The notes below the pieces were generated by a model. It was given only the letters and a program-made list of their open reading frames with translations, had not been told where the DNA came from and did no database searches. From positions 62,001 to 126,000 of the forward strand of contig MU008217.1 in the NCBI GenBank assembly GCA_010909165.1: DNA of 64,000 nt, written 5' to 3'. The stretch is from Anthoceros angustus (taxonomy: Eukaryota; Plantae; Anthocerotophyta). The position numbers and the translations under genes were made by a program. Positions 15,176 through 28,128 of this stretch are shown here, one piece after another (within the stretch, counting starts at the first letter, position 1; each line of letters opens with the position of its first letter).

Positions 15176-15380
15176 TAGATGACCACAACGTTGTCTTAGG
15201 TCCTCGAGCAACTCATAATTATTGCTTGGTCGCGAGGAATTCATTATTGCTTGGATGTTTGTGCTCTATAATGTATTTAAAATTGGTCAATATGGATTAT
15301 TTTTGTGAAAATATATTCAACCGTGGTGGTTGCTCTCAATATCCTAGGCAAATCAATTGTTAACCGTTGCAAGGATGAGC

Positions 15381-15726
15381 AATTTTACCGACCACTTATT
15401 GTTTGATAGATGTTCAATTTTACCGACCACTTATTGTTTGATAGATGTTCAATTTTAAAGACCACATATTGTTTGATAGATGTTCAATTTATGGACCACT
15501 TATTGTTTGATAGATGTTCAATTTTATAGACCACTTATTGTTTGATAGATGTTCAATTTTACCACTTATTGTTTGATAGATGTTCAATTTTACGAGCACT
15601 TATTGTTTGATAGATGTTCAATTTTACCGACCACTTATTGTTTGATAGATGTTCAATTTTACCGAGCACTTATTGTTTGATAGATGTTCAATTTTATACA
15701 CCACTTATTGTTTGATAGATGTTCAC
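15381..15726 (+). repeat. 31-bp minisatellite, about 10-11 units (CACTTATTGTTTGATAGATGTTCAATTTT plus a short variable linker)
   Basis: Direct inspection. Equivalent arrays with a largely conserved linker order at ~570-920 and ~2630-2970; scattered single units throughout 1-18300. Confidence 0.9.
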
Positions 15727-18700
15727 GAGGTGGAGCGTGGCGAGGATGAGCAACAACAAACCACTTCTTGTTAGGCTTTCCTAAGGTGCAAGCGTTGCGG
15801 TGGGCAACTCAACCAACCACTTAGATGATGGCTCCTTTATAGATGACCTTGAATACTAGATACTATACAGGATATTTGATATTTCCTTTCTAGCATCTTC
15901 AAATTGTTTTCTTGTGATAGGTACTATAAATGGATATTTGATATTTCCTTTATGGCACGTTCAAGTTGTTTTCTTGTAATACATACTATTAATGGATATA
16001 TGATATTTCCTTTCCAGATGTTCTAATTGTTTTCTTGTGGTAGCGATATTATATTATATTTGGTATTTTCTTTTGTGGTATCTTTGAATTTCTTTCACGC
16101 TGCTCGTATTGGTCCATCTTAGTAACAAAATGGCATGGTTGTGCAACTTAATAATTAAGTCTCCTCACTTGCCTTCTTAATGTACAACATGTCAATTGGA
16201 GAACTAAACTACACCAAATCTTGTAGGAATAGAAGTTGATGTGAAAATAGTTACCACACGTGATTAGACAAAGGCATTTGTTTCGTTCCTTGATGAACTT
16301 TGTGGCGTGAACTAAGCAATGTCATGCCTAACACTTCAGCCCAAATGTGGTAACATGGTCATAGTTTTAACCTTATTAATGTTATGAATTGCGTGCTAAA
16401 CTTACGTCAACTTAAGGCTGGCCTTGATTGCCACGAACCTCTTATGTTGAAGCTCACGATGGCCTCCCAAAACTGCTTCTTACTAAGGGCTGTCCATGGC
16501 ATTCAAAACCTTCATCAAAAGGAGCCATTCAGATATCTAGTTTGTGCACACCAAATCTTTATCAAGGTGCCCAATATTGCAAGGTGCAAGCGGCAATTAG
16601 GAGACCCCAATACTTTAGTGTAGATGAGACCATCCAATTTGTACACCTTTGACATAAAGAACTACTCATCATATTATGATTTCAAGGATGATTTCAAGGA
16701 CTATCAAACAACAAAACAAAACAAAACCTAGACTTGTAGGATAAGAGGTTAGTCGTAGAGACTTTGCGTTGTGGAATAGCAGGGTTTGACCTACTTTGGG
16801 CTTTTCTTGTGAATACATAAGCATTGGGATTCTCATCTTATCTCCATTTTCAAATTTCATGGCCAAACGGAAAAAACATTACTACAATAATATAAATTAA
16901 ACCACTAGCACAACAAAAATTAAGGCATAATAAAGCAAAAAAAAGAATAAAACATAAAACATAAAACAAAACAAAACCTCAAACAACAAAACAAAACAAT
17001 AGAGAACCTTGTGCATCTTTGAATCTTTAGACATTTGGCTTGGGCTCGATATCGATCCCCCGCTCCTTCTTGTTCTTCTTCACCTCTAGGTATTGTATGT
17101 ATACATGTTTAGTATAGTGATTATTTTTGTGAAAATATATTCAACCGTGGTGGTTGCTCTCAATATCCTAGGCAAATCAATTGTTAACCGTTGCAAGGAT
17201 GATTTCAAGGATGATTTCAAGGACTATCAAACAACAAAATCCAAATGTAAAATTGAAGTTCAAAACCGCCCAATCATATATCGACAAGCTAGGGCACAAG
17301 TAACACTAAATATGCACAAGTTCCACTAAGTACTTAAGCATCTAACTGCACACCAAATCTTTATCAAGGTGCCCAATATTGCAAGGATGAGCAATTTTAC
17401 CGACCACTTATTGTTTGATAGATGTTCAATTTTACCTTTGCATTCGTCTAGACCATTTTACCGAGCACTTATTGTTTGATAGATGTTCAATTTTATGGTC
17501 TTGGTAATGACATTGTTGCACCACTTGTGGCTGCAAAGGAGTTTCTCAATAGGCTAGAGGTCGATGTGGTGACCGCCACCGTGGTCCTTTGCCTTAAGCT
17601 TGATCAAGTCATCAAGACTCAATTGCCTTAAGCTTGATCAAGTCATCAAGACTTAGATGATGGCTCCTTTATAGATGACCACAACGTTGTCTTAGGTCCT
17701 CGAGCAACTCATAATTATTGCTTGGATGTTTGTGCTCTATAATGTATTTAAAATTGGTCAATATGGATTATTTTTGTGAAAATATATTCAACCGTGGTGG
17801 TTGCTCTCAATATCCTAGGCAAATCAATTGTTAACCGTTGCAAGGATGATTTCAAGGATGAGCAATTTTACCTTTGCATTCGTCTAGACCATTTTACCGA
17901 GCACTTATTGTTTGATAGATGTTCAATTTTACCTTTGCATTCGTCTAGACCATTTTACCGAGCACTTATTGTTTGATAGATGTTCAATTTTACCGCAATC
18001 TATGTAGTTGCCATATTTCAATCCTATGACGAAGATCCGTCCTTAGTGGACTTGAATAAATTTCTTCTTCTTACAGTTATTAATTGTATTTAGAAAACTA
18101 TGAAACTTCTTCACCTCTAGGTATTGTATGTATACATGTTTAGTATAGTGATTATTTTTGTGAAAATATATTCAACCGTGGTGGTTGCTCTCAATATCCT
18201 AGGCAAATCAATTGTTAACCGTTGCAAGGATGATTTCAAGGATGATTTCAAGGATGAGCAATTTTACCGACCACTTATTGTTTGATAGATGTTCAATTTT
18301 ATGGTCTTGGTAATGACATTGTTGCACCACTTGTGGCTGCAAAGGAGTTTCTCAATAGGCTAGAGGTCGATGTGGTGACCGCCACCGTGGTCCTTTGCCT
18401 TAAGCTTGATCAAGTCATCCACATTCTTTTATTGAGCTTGATCAAGTCATCAAGACTCAATTGCCTTAAGCTTGATCAAGTCATGCTTATTCTTTTATTG
18501 AGCTTGATCAAGTCATCAAGATCAAACAACAAAGAAACATACAACCATATTACATACATATGGTGACCGCCACCGTGGTCCTTTGCCTTAAGCTTGATCA
18601 AGTCATCCACATTCTTTTATTGAGCTTGATCAAGTCATGCTTATTCTTTTATTGAGCTTGATCAAGTCATCCACATTCTTTTATTGAGCTTGATCAAGTC

Positions 18701-20019
18701 ATCAAGACTTAGATGATGGCTCCTTTATAGATGACCACAACGTTGTCTTAGGTCCTCGAGCAACTCATAATTATTGCTTGGTCGCGAGGAATTCATTATT
18801 GATTGATTGATTGAAGATTATTTGTCTTGTTTGAATTTTACCTTTGCATTCGTCTAGACCATTTTACCGCAATCTATGTAGTTGCCATATTTCAATCCTA
18901 TGAAACGCTCCCTCTTGGCCCAGTAGCGGGTGGAAACTACCCGGAAGGATGGAGCTTGCAATTTTTCGTGCAGGGTTTCACGCATTGGAAGAGATGGGGA
19001 AGTGCACACTCTAAGAAATAGGGATGCGCTTACACGACCTTCCACTTGAGCTCAGATGCCTTCGGGCTCACGGGAGCAACAAATAGTGAGGACACAACGT
19101 GAGGCTACAGACGTTCACACCAAATTTATCAAAAACACAGTCAAGGATTGTTGGTTCGGAAATATATATGATACCCAGGGGGTGCAAGAGCTGCTTTCTT
19201 GCAGCCTGGTATCAGGGACAACTCCTGCCCGCGTGCCAGTCGTTGAAAGATGTTTCGCATCTGTGTATCATGGGGGTGTTGGCAAGCTATGATATGTAGC
19301 TGCACACATACACGCGATGAGACGGAGTTAAGGGAGAGGTATGAAAACCTCACAGTACTATGTTTCAAACGGGACTCCTACGTGGGATAACGGGCACTCT
19401 AGATAGTAACAACATTCACAGTGCAGAGTGTCACACAGCAGTATTTGGGCTACGCAGCAAGCGGGTGTGAACGAGCTTCCATTCTTGAGTCAATAGCTTG
19501 TCATGAGTGCAAGGGTGAGCAGTTACAGAAGGTGGTCATCGAACAGGACCAGACTCCTGGCCCGTGTCCCTCTTCACAAGGCACGGACAGCAGCATGAAA
19601 CCAAGAGAAAATGGGCAGGCACATAAGCCTGCCCTGTAGTCAGCACCCATCACGCTCACACTCCAAGAAAAGATACTAAGAAGCCTAAGGGCAGAGCCCC
19701 GCAGTTCGTTCAGTTTGATATTACAGAAAATGGGACTCTTCTTATAGTCTATCCGCATTCACAATCCCTGGTACTCGTTAAGGTGATGGCGGCTCAGAGA
19801 GCCCGATGTTCCAGCACATCTCTAGAAAATACATATTGTATGCTCGTAGAAGGGTAAGGCCAGCTTTAATTACACTTCTTCGGGGACCTCCCAACAGTAC
19901 CCACCGAAATACCGACGACACTATCTCCACTTCATGACGGTGGTGTGGTCGTTCACAGTACCTGGGCATCCTGCCATAGTCTGTCGTTAGCCTCATCTTC
20001 CCACAGCGGTTGCTGAACG

Positions 20020-23000
20020 ATGGCCACAGTATGGCAACCGGACCCGTTGTGGATCCATGAAATTGGTTTGTGCGCAGGGATTGTACTGGGAGCTCCCGCT
20101 CACCTTACTGTAGGGAGTGAATCCCTGGCAATCAAACAATCCAGGTGCAGCAGCGTAAGGAGCTCAGCACTTCCAATTCCGACAAATCGTTTGGGTTGGA
20201 ACGAGTTATCCAGCGATGGTCGTCGCCAGGAGCAGGAGAACTTGTGGCAACAATTTTTTCTGGACCCTACCATGTGGTGGGACAACAGACGAGATAAGAA
20301 GAGTTCCCGTGCGCCTGACTTCCGGCGTAAGGGGTCCGGCGAGGTCCTGTGGTTAAACAACATGTTCAAGCCAGCTTGGGTTGATGAGCAGCTCGTTTCC
20401 TTGGATATGCAGATGGGTCATGGTGCCTCTCCTTCCAAGTCCAGGTCTCCGCACAAGCCTGAACCTGGCAGGCGTACAAGATCGGAAATGGGCGTCGTTA
20501 CGGCTGTAAGTGTGATCACGTTATGTCAGCAGGGGAAGCTTTCTGAGGCCGTTGGAGCCCTGGAATCTCTGGCGCAAACAGACTCTGCTATTTCTCTGTC
20601 TCTGTTTTGCACGGTGCTCAAACTGTGTACAGCTAAGAAGGATTTGGTTGGGGGGCGACGAGTTCATGATCTCAGCGTCAAACTTGGGTACGAGTCGAAT
20701 GCATACTTGGGGAACCATATCTTGCGCATGTATGGATGTGGAGGTAGGCTAGAGGAGGCCATGGATGTGTTCAGCAGGGTAGGCAAACCAGATGTCATCA
20801 CGTGGGGTTCCATCATCTCTGCACATGCCAAACATGGGAAACCTAATGAGGCCATACAACTGTACCATGAGATGCGTAGGTCAGGAGTGAAGGCAAATGG
20901 TCACGTCTTTGTAGCTGCCCTTCAAGCTTGCGCATTTGCCGCCGACTTGGAATCTGGCAGAAAAGTGCACTGTGATGTGTTGCACTGTGGCTTTCCTACT
21001 GACTCTTTTGTTGGAAACTGCCTGGTGGACATGTATGCAAAATGTGGCCAACTGAAAGATGCACGCCACGTTTTTGACAGCATGGCCACAAAGGATGTGG
21101 TGACATGGACTTCCCTGATATCTGGGTATGTAAAATGTGGTGAACTGGAAGACGCACGGAAGGTTTTTGACAGCATGAGCACAAAGGATGTGGTGACATG
21201 GACTGCCCTGATATCTGGGTATGCACAACAAGGACAAGGCCAAGAGGCGCTTGTTGTGTATGGACAGATGGAGCAAGAAGGCCTGATTTTGGCTGACCGT
21301 TTTACTTTTTCTTGCCTTCTTAAGGCCTGTGGGAGTACTGGTGCCTTACAGAAGGGCAGGCAGCTGCACTCACAGATTGTGGAACAAAGACTGCTCGATG
21401 ACGTAGTGTTAGGCAACTGCCTGGTGGACATGTATGCAAAATGTGGTGAACTGGAAGACGCACGCCAGGTTTTTGACAGCATGAACAGAAAGAATGTGGT
21501 GACATGGAATGCCCTGATATCTGGGTATGCTGTGGTGAACTGAAGATGCACAGCATGGACTGATGTGGTGACATGGAATGCCCTGATTGCTGGGTATGCA
21601 GCAAGGACTTGACAGAGGCGCTTGTTGTGTATGGACAAATGGAGCAGGAGGGCCTCATTTGGCTGACCATGTTACTTTTGCTTGCGTTCTCAAGGCCTGT
21701 GCAAGCAATGGTGCCTTACAGAAGGGCAGGGAGCTGCATTCACTGATTGTTGAAAGAGGGCTGCTGGATAACGTAGTGTTGGGCAACTGCCTGGTGGACA
21801 TGTATGCAAAATGTGGTGAACTGGAAGATGCACGCCAGGTTTTTGACAGCATGAACAAAGAATGTGGTGACATGGATGCCCTGATATGCTGTGGTGAACT
21901 GAAGATGCACGCCAGGTTTTTGACAGCATGGCGAGGCGCTGATTGCTGGGTATGCAGCAAGGGCTTGGAGGTATGGACAAATGGAGCAGGAGGGCCTCAT
22001 TTGGCTGACCATATTTTTGCTTGCCTTCTGAAGGCCTGTGCAAGCACTGGTGCCTTACAGAAGGGCAGGCAGCTGCACTCACAGATTGTTGAAAGAGGAC
22101 TGCTGGATGACGTAGTGTTGGGCACTGCCTGGTGGACATGTATGCAAAATGTGGTGAACTGGAAGATGCACGCCAGGTTTTTGACAGCATGAACAAAGGA
22201 TGTGGTGACATGGACCGCCCTGATATCTGGGTATGGTACTTGTGATGATGGTCAGAGCACTAGCTTGTTTTGAGGAGATGTTAGTTGCCGGTATTCAGCC
22301 TGACGGTGCTACTTTTACTTGCTTTTTAGTAGCATGCAGTCATGGGGGACTGGTCCACGATGGTCGCAAGCACTTTGATTCCATGGCTGAACAGTATGGC
22401 ATCAAACCTACTCTTGAGCATTACAATTGCATGATTGATCTTCTTGGGCGTGCAGGCCATTTAGATGAGGCGGAGAAGATGCTTCTATCATGTGAGGGCC
22501 AAAGTAATCTTGTGGGCTTGACGTCTTTGTTGAATGCCTGCAAAAGTCATGGGGATATAGAGAGGGCGATATGGTGTTTTGAAAGCATTGTTAGGCTGGA
22601 CCCCCAGCAGGCCTCCGCATATGTGCTGATGGCGAATGCCTATGCAGATGCAGGAAGGTGGACCGATGTAGACAGGATTGAAACACAGAGAACAGTGGCA
22701 GGAGCTAACAAGAAACCTGCAGTGGCGACCATTGAGGTGAATAAGCAGGTACATAGTTTTTTGGTGGGAGAAAGGAGAGAGGATATTGCTCTTAAGGTAG
22801 AGAGCACGAATGCACGTCTGAAGCAGGAAGGAGGCCACGTACCTCAAACAAAATTGGTGTTGAAGCCAGTGTCTGAGAAGGAAAAGGAAGATGCGCTTTG
22901 CGGGCATGCCGAGAAGTTAGCTCTGGCTTTCGGTCTCTTGAGCACTCCGAGTGGGACACCTCTGGTGGTGACGAAGAATCTACGCATGTGCAGTGACTGC

Positions 23001-23114
23001 CACAGTTCTACGGAGATCATGTCAAGGGTTGAACAGAGAGACATTGTTGTAAGGGATGGGTACCGTGTGCATCGATTTGCCGATGGTTGCTGCAGTTGTA
23101 AGGGTCGACCGTGA
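20020..23114 (+). CDS. PLS-class PPR-E-DYW:KP (GRP-type) protein with an N-terminal OSB-type PDF motif; candidate U-to-C RNA editing factor; frameshifted between ~21530 and ~22250
   Basis: ORF 20020-21543: transit-peptide-like N-terminus, WQQFFLDPTMWWDNRRDKKSSRAPDFRRKGSGEVLWL..PAWV, then L/S/P/SS PPR motifs (DMYAKCG, VVTWTALISGYA). ORF 22233-23114: E1/E2, KPAVATIEV, HAEKLALAFG, KNLRMCSDCH, terminal CSCKGRP. Confidence 0.9.
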
Positions 23115-23467
23115 GAATTTGGAAAGACTAGCCAGTGCTCAAGTGTTCACTCTAAAGAAAATTGACACCCTAAACCCAGACCGGCTGAAGAGTTCGAACT
23201 CAGAACTTTTGAGCGTGTTTATGGTAGTATTTTTAATAGTACTTCAAACGATTGAAAAGCCAATGAATGCGGGTTAAAGGACAAAATCTATAAATTCTTT
23301 ATAGGTATCTACCTATTGTGCCTATGAGTTTTTAGCTATTATTGGTCAAATTGAAAGACAAGCCGAATTGCAAAGGAAGTGACAAAAGAACACCAGAGGC
23401 CAGCGAGAGAAGCAAAAGGATGATGGCACGACCTAACAAAGTGGCTAAAGAAATTTGAGCTTGACAT

Positions 23468-26400
23468 CTACCTTAGAATCCTCTTAACAGCCGACCAGTG
23501 GGTCTTGCCAGGCTCCTTAAGAAACTGTGAGGTCATACTCACAGGTAGTGAAATATCAGGCCTGGTATGATTAGAGCAGAAGATAAGTGACCCCACTGCT
23601 TGTGAATAAGGGACACCCTCCATCTCCTGCTTATCTGCTGCTGAAACTGGCGATTGCTCAATGCTTAACTTGCAGCCTGCTTCCATGGGTGTTGCTGCTA
23701 ACTTTGCATCCATCAACTTATATTTATAAAGCATATCAAATATGTATTTCTCCTGATGTATGATGAGTGTGCCACTTGACGGGTCTCGGAGCAGCTATGT
23801 ACCCAAGCAAAAGGACAGCTCCCCGATATCAACCATGTCAAATCTGCCACATAAGAGAGCCTTAACTCTGTTAATTCCTTCCAGGTCAGTACCCAATAAA
23901 ACACAGTCATCGACATATAGAGCTAACACTACAAATCCTGTTTTGTCTTGTAGAAAGTACACATTGGAGTCAGCGTCACTTTTGACAAAACCAAGGTCAA
24001 GGAGAAACTCGTCGATGCACTGATACCAGGCTCTGGGAGACTGCTTCAACCCATAGATAGTCTTCGAGCTTGAGACCCGGTCCTCCGTCCTTGACCTTGG
24101 CCTCATAGTGCCATATATTTCTTCCTCCAACTTACCATGAAGAAAAGCTGTTTTCACATCCATCTGGTGGATGAACAAGGCGAAGAATGCTGACATGGCG
24201 AACAGAGCACGAAGGGACTGCGCCTTCACCACCGGGGAAAAGGTATCATGGTAGTCTAACCCTGGCACCTGAGAAAACCCTCTAGCAACTAGGCGTGCTT
24301 TGTACCTCGCTATAGTTCCATCAGCTTTGTACTTCAATTTGAACACCCATTTACTGCTGACAATCTTCCTCCCCTTAGGCGGGGGACAAAGCTCCCATGT
24401 TTGATTGTGGATAAGAGAGTCATACTCGGAGGTAACAGCAGCAATCTAATGACGAGATTCAGGACCAGAAACGGCCTCCTTATATGATTGCGGCTCATAG
24501 CCAGGCTGCAAAGCAAGGTGAACAAACTCTCCGACAATCTCATCAGGATTTACTCCCTTGCGAGGAGGCGGTGGATTCCTACAGTACGCCCGATCGGCCC
24601 TCATGACACCTTCCCTTTGATCTGCCTGGCCTTGCGGATCGGCGAGGGGAGCATAAGATCGGGGAGGAACATACTCGACGGGATCATCAACATCTGGATC
24701 GATTGCTGGAAGAACAGGAAGATCGGCAACATCTTCAACCTTAGCTGCATCTGACATCGGTGGATCAGATCAAGAGGCGAGGCGGAGTGAGCAGAGTTGG
24801 ACTGCAGATTGAGAGGGATCTACTGCAGGAAAATCCACTATGTCCATCATGTCAGGATCAAATTCCTCTAATGAACCTTCTGCTGATTCAGTGACTACCA
24901 TGTCAGGAACAACAGCTGAGTCATGAGGAGTTGTCAGGACAGTACGTTCATCAAAAGCTATTGTACGAGCATGAACTACATGACGGGAAGCTGGTTCAAA
25001 CAATTTATACCCATGAATACCAGGTGTGTATCCTATGAACACATGTCTTTTAGATTTGAAAGCAAACTTCTGTCTAAGCTTATCTGGAATATGGGCATAA
25101 GCTGTGCTACCGAAAACTCGGAGATGTGAAATGTCGGGCTTCACTCCTGTCCAGGACTCAAAAGGTGTACAGCTGGGAAGGGAGGACACGGCTAGCCGAT
25201 TCTGCAGATAAGTAGCCGCCTGAACAGCTTCAGCCCAGAAACGAATAGGCAGCCTCCCCTGAAAAAGTAGAGCCCTGGCAGCATCTTGGATCGTCCTATG
25301 TCTGCGCTCTGCTCTTCCATTCATGTCTGAATGATAAGGGATAGTGCCTTGTAATGCCATGTTCCTGACAAAACTCCTGGAATGCTGTCGACAGATACTC
25401 CTTCCCATTGTCCGAGCGGATACACTTCAGTTTGTAACCCATCTGACGTTCTGCATATGCCAGGTATCTCTTAAAGCTATCAAACACATCGCTCTTATGC
25501 TTCAGCAACTCAGTGACAGTGAAATGCGTTTTGTCATCTTCGAAAACAACAAAGTATTTGCTCCTCCCCAACTAGGAGTTGACATTGGGCCACAGATATC
25601 AGTGTGGACTAGATCTAACACTTCTGTGGATTTTCGAGGTCTCCCAGAACCGAAGTGAGATTTGAACTGCTTGCCATGCACGCAAGCAACACAAAGATCG
25701 AGATCGGGTAAGTCGGACTCTGAAAAACCTGTAACCATCTTCTCCTTCAAAAGACGTCGCATTGCTTGAATATTGGGATGACCTAACCTACAGTGCCATC
25801 TAAAAGCAATCTGAGTTTTATTAACTGGAAACTCTGATACTTGAACTGACTGCTGTGACAGGTTTAAGGCAAAATCTAAGAGATACAAATCATACAGAGG
25901 AGTACCTCTAGCAATAACTTCTGAAGGGGCACTCAGTTTGGTAATGACACACTCTAGTCCTTCAAACAAAATACGGTACTGACCAGTTTTGCCTAAGGCC
26001 ATGGTGCTAACCAAATTTTTCTTAAGTGCTGGGACATGTAGGACATTTTCTAACTCCCATGTCTTCCCATTTTGCAAAGTTACTATGACAGATCCCATTC
26101 CCTCAATGGGTATATTTGAGTTATCCCCTAGAACAACTGCATGCTGACTAGGAGATACATTGTACTTAACAAAGGCATTCTTAGAGGAACACATATGGTT
26201 TGACGCACCACTGTCCAAAACCACTGATTCCTACCCTTCGACACTGAAGATAGACAGGTAACCAACAGCCCCGGTGTTGCAGCTCTCGTCACGTTAGATT
26301 CATGTTGCTTGCCTTTTCCTGCATCATCTCTGTTTCTTCCTACAGTCTCTAATCCAATGACCTGGCTTGTGGCAGTAGTTGCACACACCAAGTTTTTTGC

Positions 26401-27939
26401 TGGGCTGCTGTGGATTGGAGCTGGAAGACTCGTAGTTGGACGCTTGTCCTCTACCCCTTCCAAAGCTTCCCGCCCACGCCCGAACTCGCCAGACTTCTAC
26501 TGCGGTAAAAGAGTCAGATCGCCTGTTTATGCCATGGGTAGAGCTAGAACCTCCTTTGTTCATGTGCTTTCTATTGGCCTCCGCCTGCAGGAGAGCACCA
26601 ACAAGTTTCTGAACTGTGAGATTCAGAATCGCAGTGTGGTGGTCGGCCGGAGGATGCGCGAGCTCGAATACTAGAGCTCCAAATTTCGTAGCTTGGAGGA
26701 AGGCTCATCAGGAATTGAACTGCTGCCCTCCCCTCGGATAGGATCACTCCACAAGCAGCCGCCTTGGCTTGCTCTAAACCAGCCACATGACTCTCTCGAG
26801 TCACTTTCCTTCATCTTGTGTTAAAATGGCTTGTTGCTGATGCCTCCGAGATTACATCTTTAGATTCATAAGTGTCATTCAGTAAAGACCAAACTTCATG
26901 TGAGAATTTAATCAGTTTGATATGTGGAATCATCTCCTGAGAAACTGATCCCACAAGGATCGTCCTAGCTTTGCGATCCTTGGAATGCCAATCAAGCTCA
27001 TCCTTGGCTGTCCACAGCTTCCTATTAACTCCTCCAGGAGTCAGTGTGCCGGAGTCTTGGCCAGCAACACGCCGTGGATCGAGCCATCAGCAACATCCAT
27101 AAGTAGTTTCTCCTCAAGAATACACCTCACCCGAAAGGACCAGGCATCAAAGTTATTAGGGGTGAGTCTATCTTTTTCTTGTAGACGGTCAGAGGATTGA
27201 TCTGCCGCCATGATGCCTGTGACTAGGAGAACTACTCTGCAGAGGTTCTCAGGCAAGACATCTTTGCCCTAAGCTCATCAATTTCTGATTTATGGCTTCT
27301 GATTTCTAATTCGGTCCCTGCTGCAGCAACAAACTCTGATTCACTCAATTTCTCTAGACGATCAAGACGTTTTGATAAGATGTCTACTCTTTGAGAGGTT
27401 TCTAAGACAGAAGACTTGACATTCAAGAGAGAATTGAGAAGAGAATCAAACTGTTTCATATCTTCTTGTGAACGGTAGGGTTTACAGGATCTACGCTCTA
27501 CAGACTGCGGAGATGACTGTTTCGATGTGTTGTAAATTGCTGAGCAGCAGGAGATGTCTGATATGCCCCTTAATTGACTGCGGATTGGAGCGATGATCAA
27601 TTATACTAATCAGAATGCTTTCAAGAAACGCACCCGCCTTCCCGCCGAATCGAGATAGTGATTTTCATGCCGCTCAAACTCCTCACCAAAACACTCAAAT
27701 TCAGATATAGGTTGTTGCCTGGCCCTGCTATTCCTAGCAGTGGCTGGCCTCTCCTGCCTGCAAGCACCCTTCCGAGGCATGTTACCTGAACCACATCAGA
27801 CCACGCACATTCTGCTCACTTGCCTAAAGAAGACATTTTTAAGAATCAAGAACCGAAAATGTATTTAGGCAATTATGTACAGAGGATTCATCTGATCATT
27901 ATAATGAGCAGGGCACAGGAGTCGTCTGCTCTGATACCA
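23468..27939 (-). mobile_element. Ty1/Copia LTR retrotransposon, internal region (gag-PR-IN-RT), 3'-truncated within RT
   Basis: Gag NFDAWSFRV and zinc knuckle CNYCHKPGHWIRDC; protease VLDSGASNHM; integrase WHCRLGH..CVAC, HTDICGP, IRSDNGKEY, NGRAER; RT YKARLVARGFSQ, QMDVKTAFLHG, LYVDD. PBS TGGTATCAGAGC (tRNA-Met) at 27928-27939 on the minus strand. Confidence 0.92.
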
Positions 27940-28128
27940 TGTAAACTTTATGTGCTCACAATGAATCATAAGCATGCACACAAAAGAGTAGTAGATTAAA
28001 GAACAAAGTTCACTATACATATGCCAATGGCACAAGCAGTTGTAACTGCTATGAAAAACCTAACTACCTAAAGTATAACCCTAAGAGTATAGGCAATGTA
28101 CTAACAACTAACATTTATTTATTTAACA
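27940..28128 (-). repeat. 5' LTR of the Copia element
   Basis: TG...CA bounded (plus strand TGTAAAC...ATTTAACA) and directly adjacent to the PBS. Confidence 0.75.

Larger units (their letters stand above)
14520..17070 (+). repeat. Longest collinear stretch of the array template
   Basis: Same segment order as 45-1210 and 2110-3260 (matching 14866-16010) and 7770-8840 (matching ~16000-17070). Its left part matches the inverted copy at 33157-33583. Confidence 0.8.
1..18903 (+). repeat. Mosaic repeat array built from segments of one ~4 kb template joined at microhomologies; continues beyond the window start
   Basis: A limited set of modules recurs in shuffled order. The ~105-bp AGGTGCAAGCGGCAATTAGGAGACCCCAATACTTT...TATGATTTCAAGGA occurs about 20 times, alongside 31-bp, 119-bp, 12-bp and (TTC)n units. 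The array ends sharply at ...TCAATCCTATGA|AACGCTCCC (18903), where array copies at 10921 and 18015 continue CGAAGATCC. Confidence 0.95.

Noticed and set aside
23-18566. Many ORFs in the mosaic array (poly-S/F, DDFK repeats, KVQAAIRRPQYFSVDETIQFVHL)
   Set aside because: They are by-products of repeated modules and microsatellites; there is no consistent frame or recognisable domain.
19056-19292. LLSC..ERCFASV resembling a PPR E-domain remnant, and PBS-like TGGTATCAGGG at ~19207
   Set aside because: Similarity is weak, with no adjacent LTR or PPR context.
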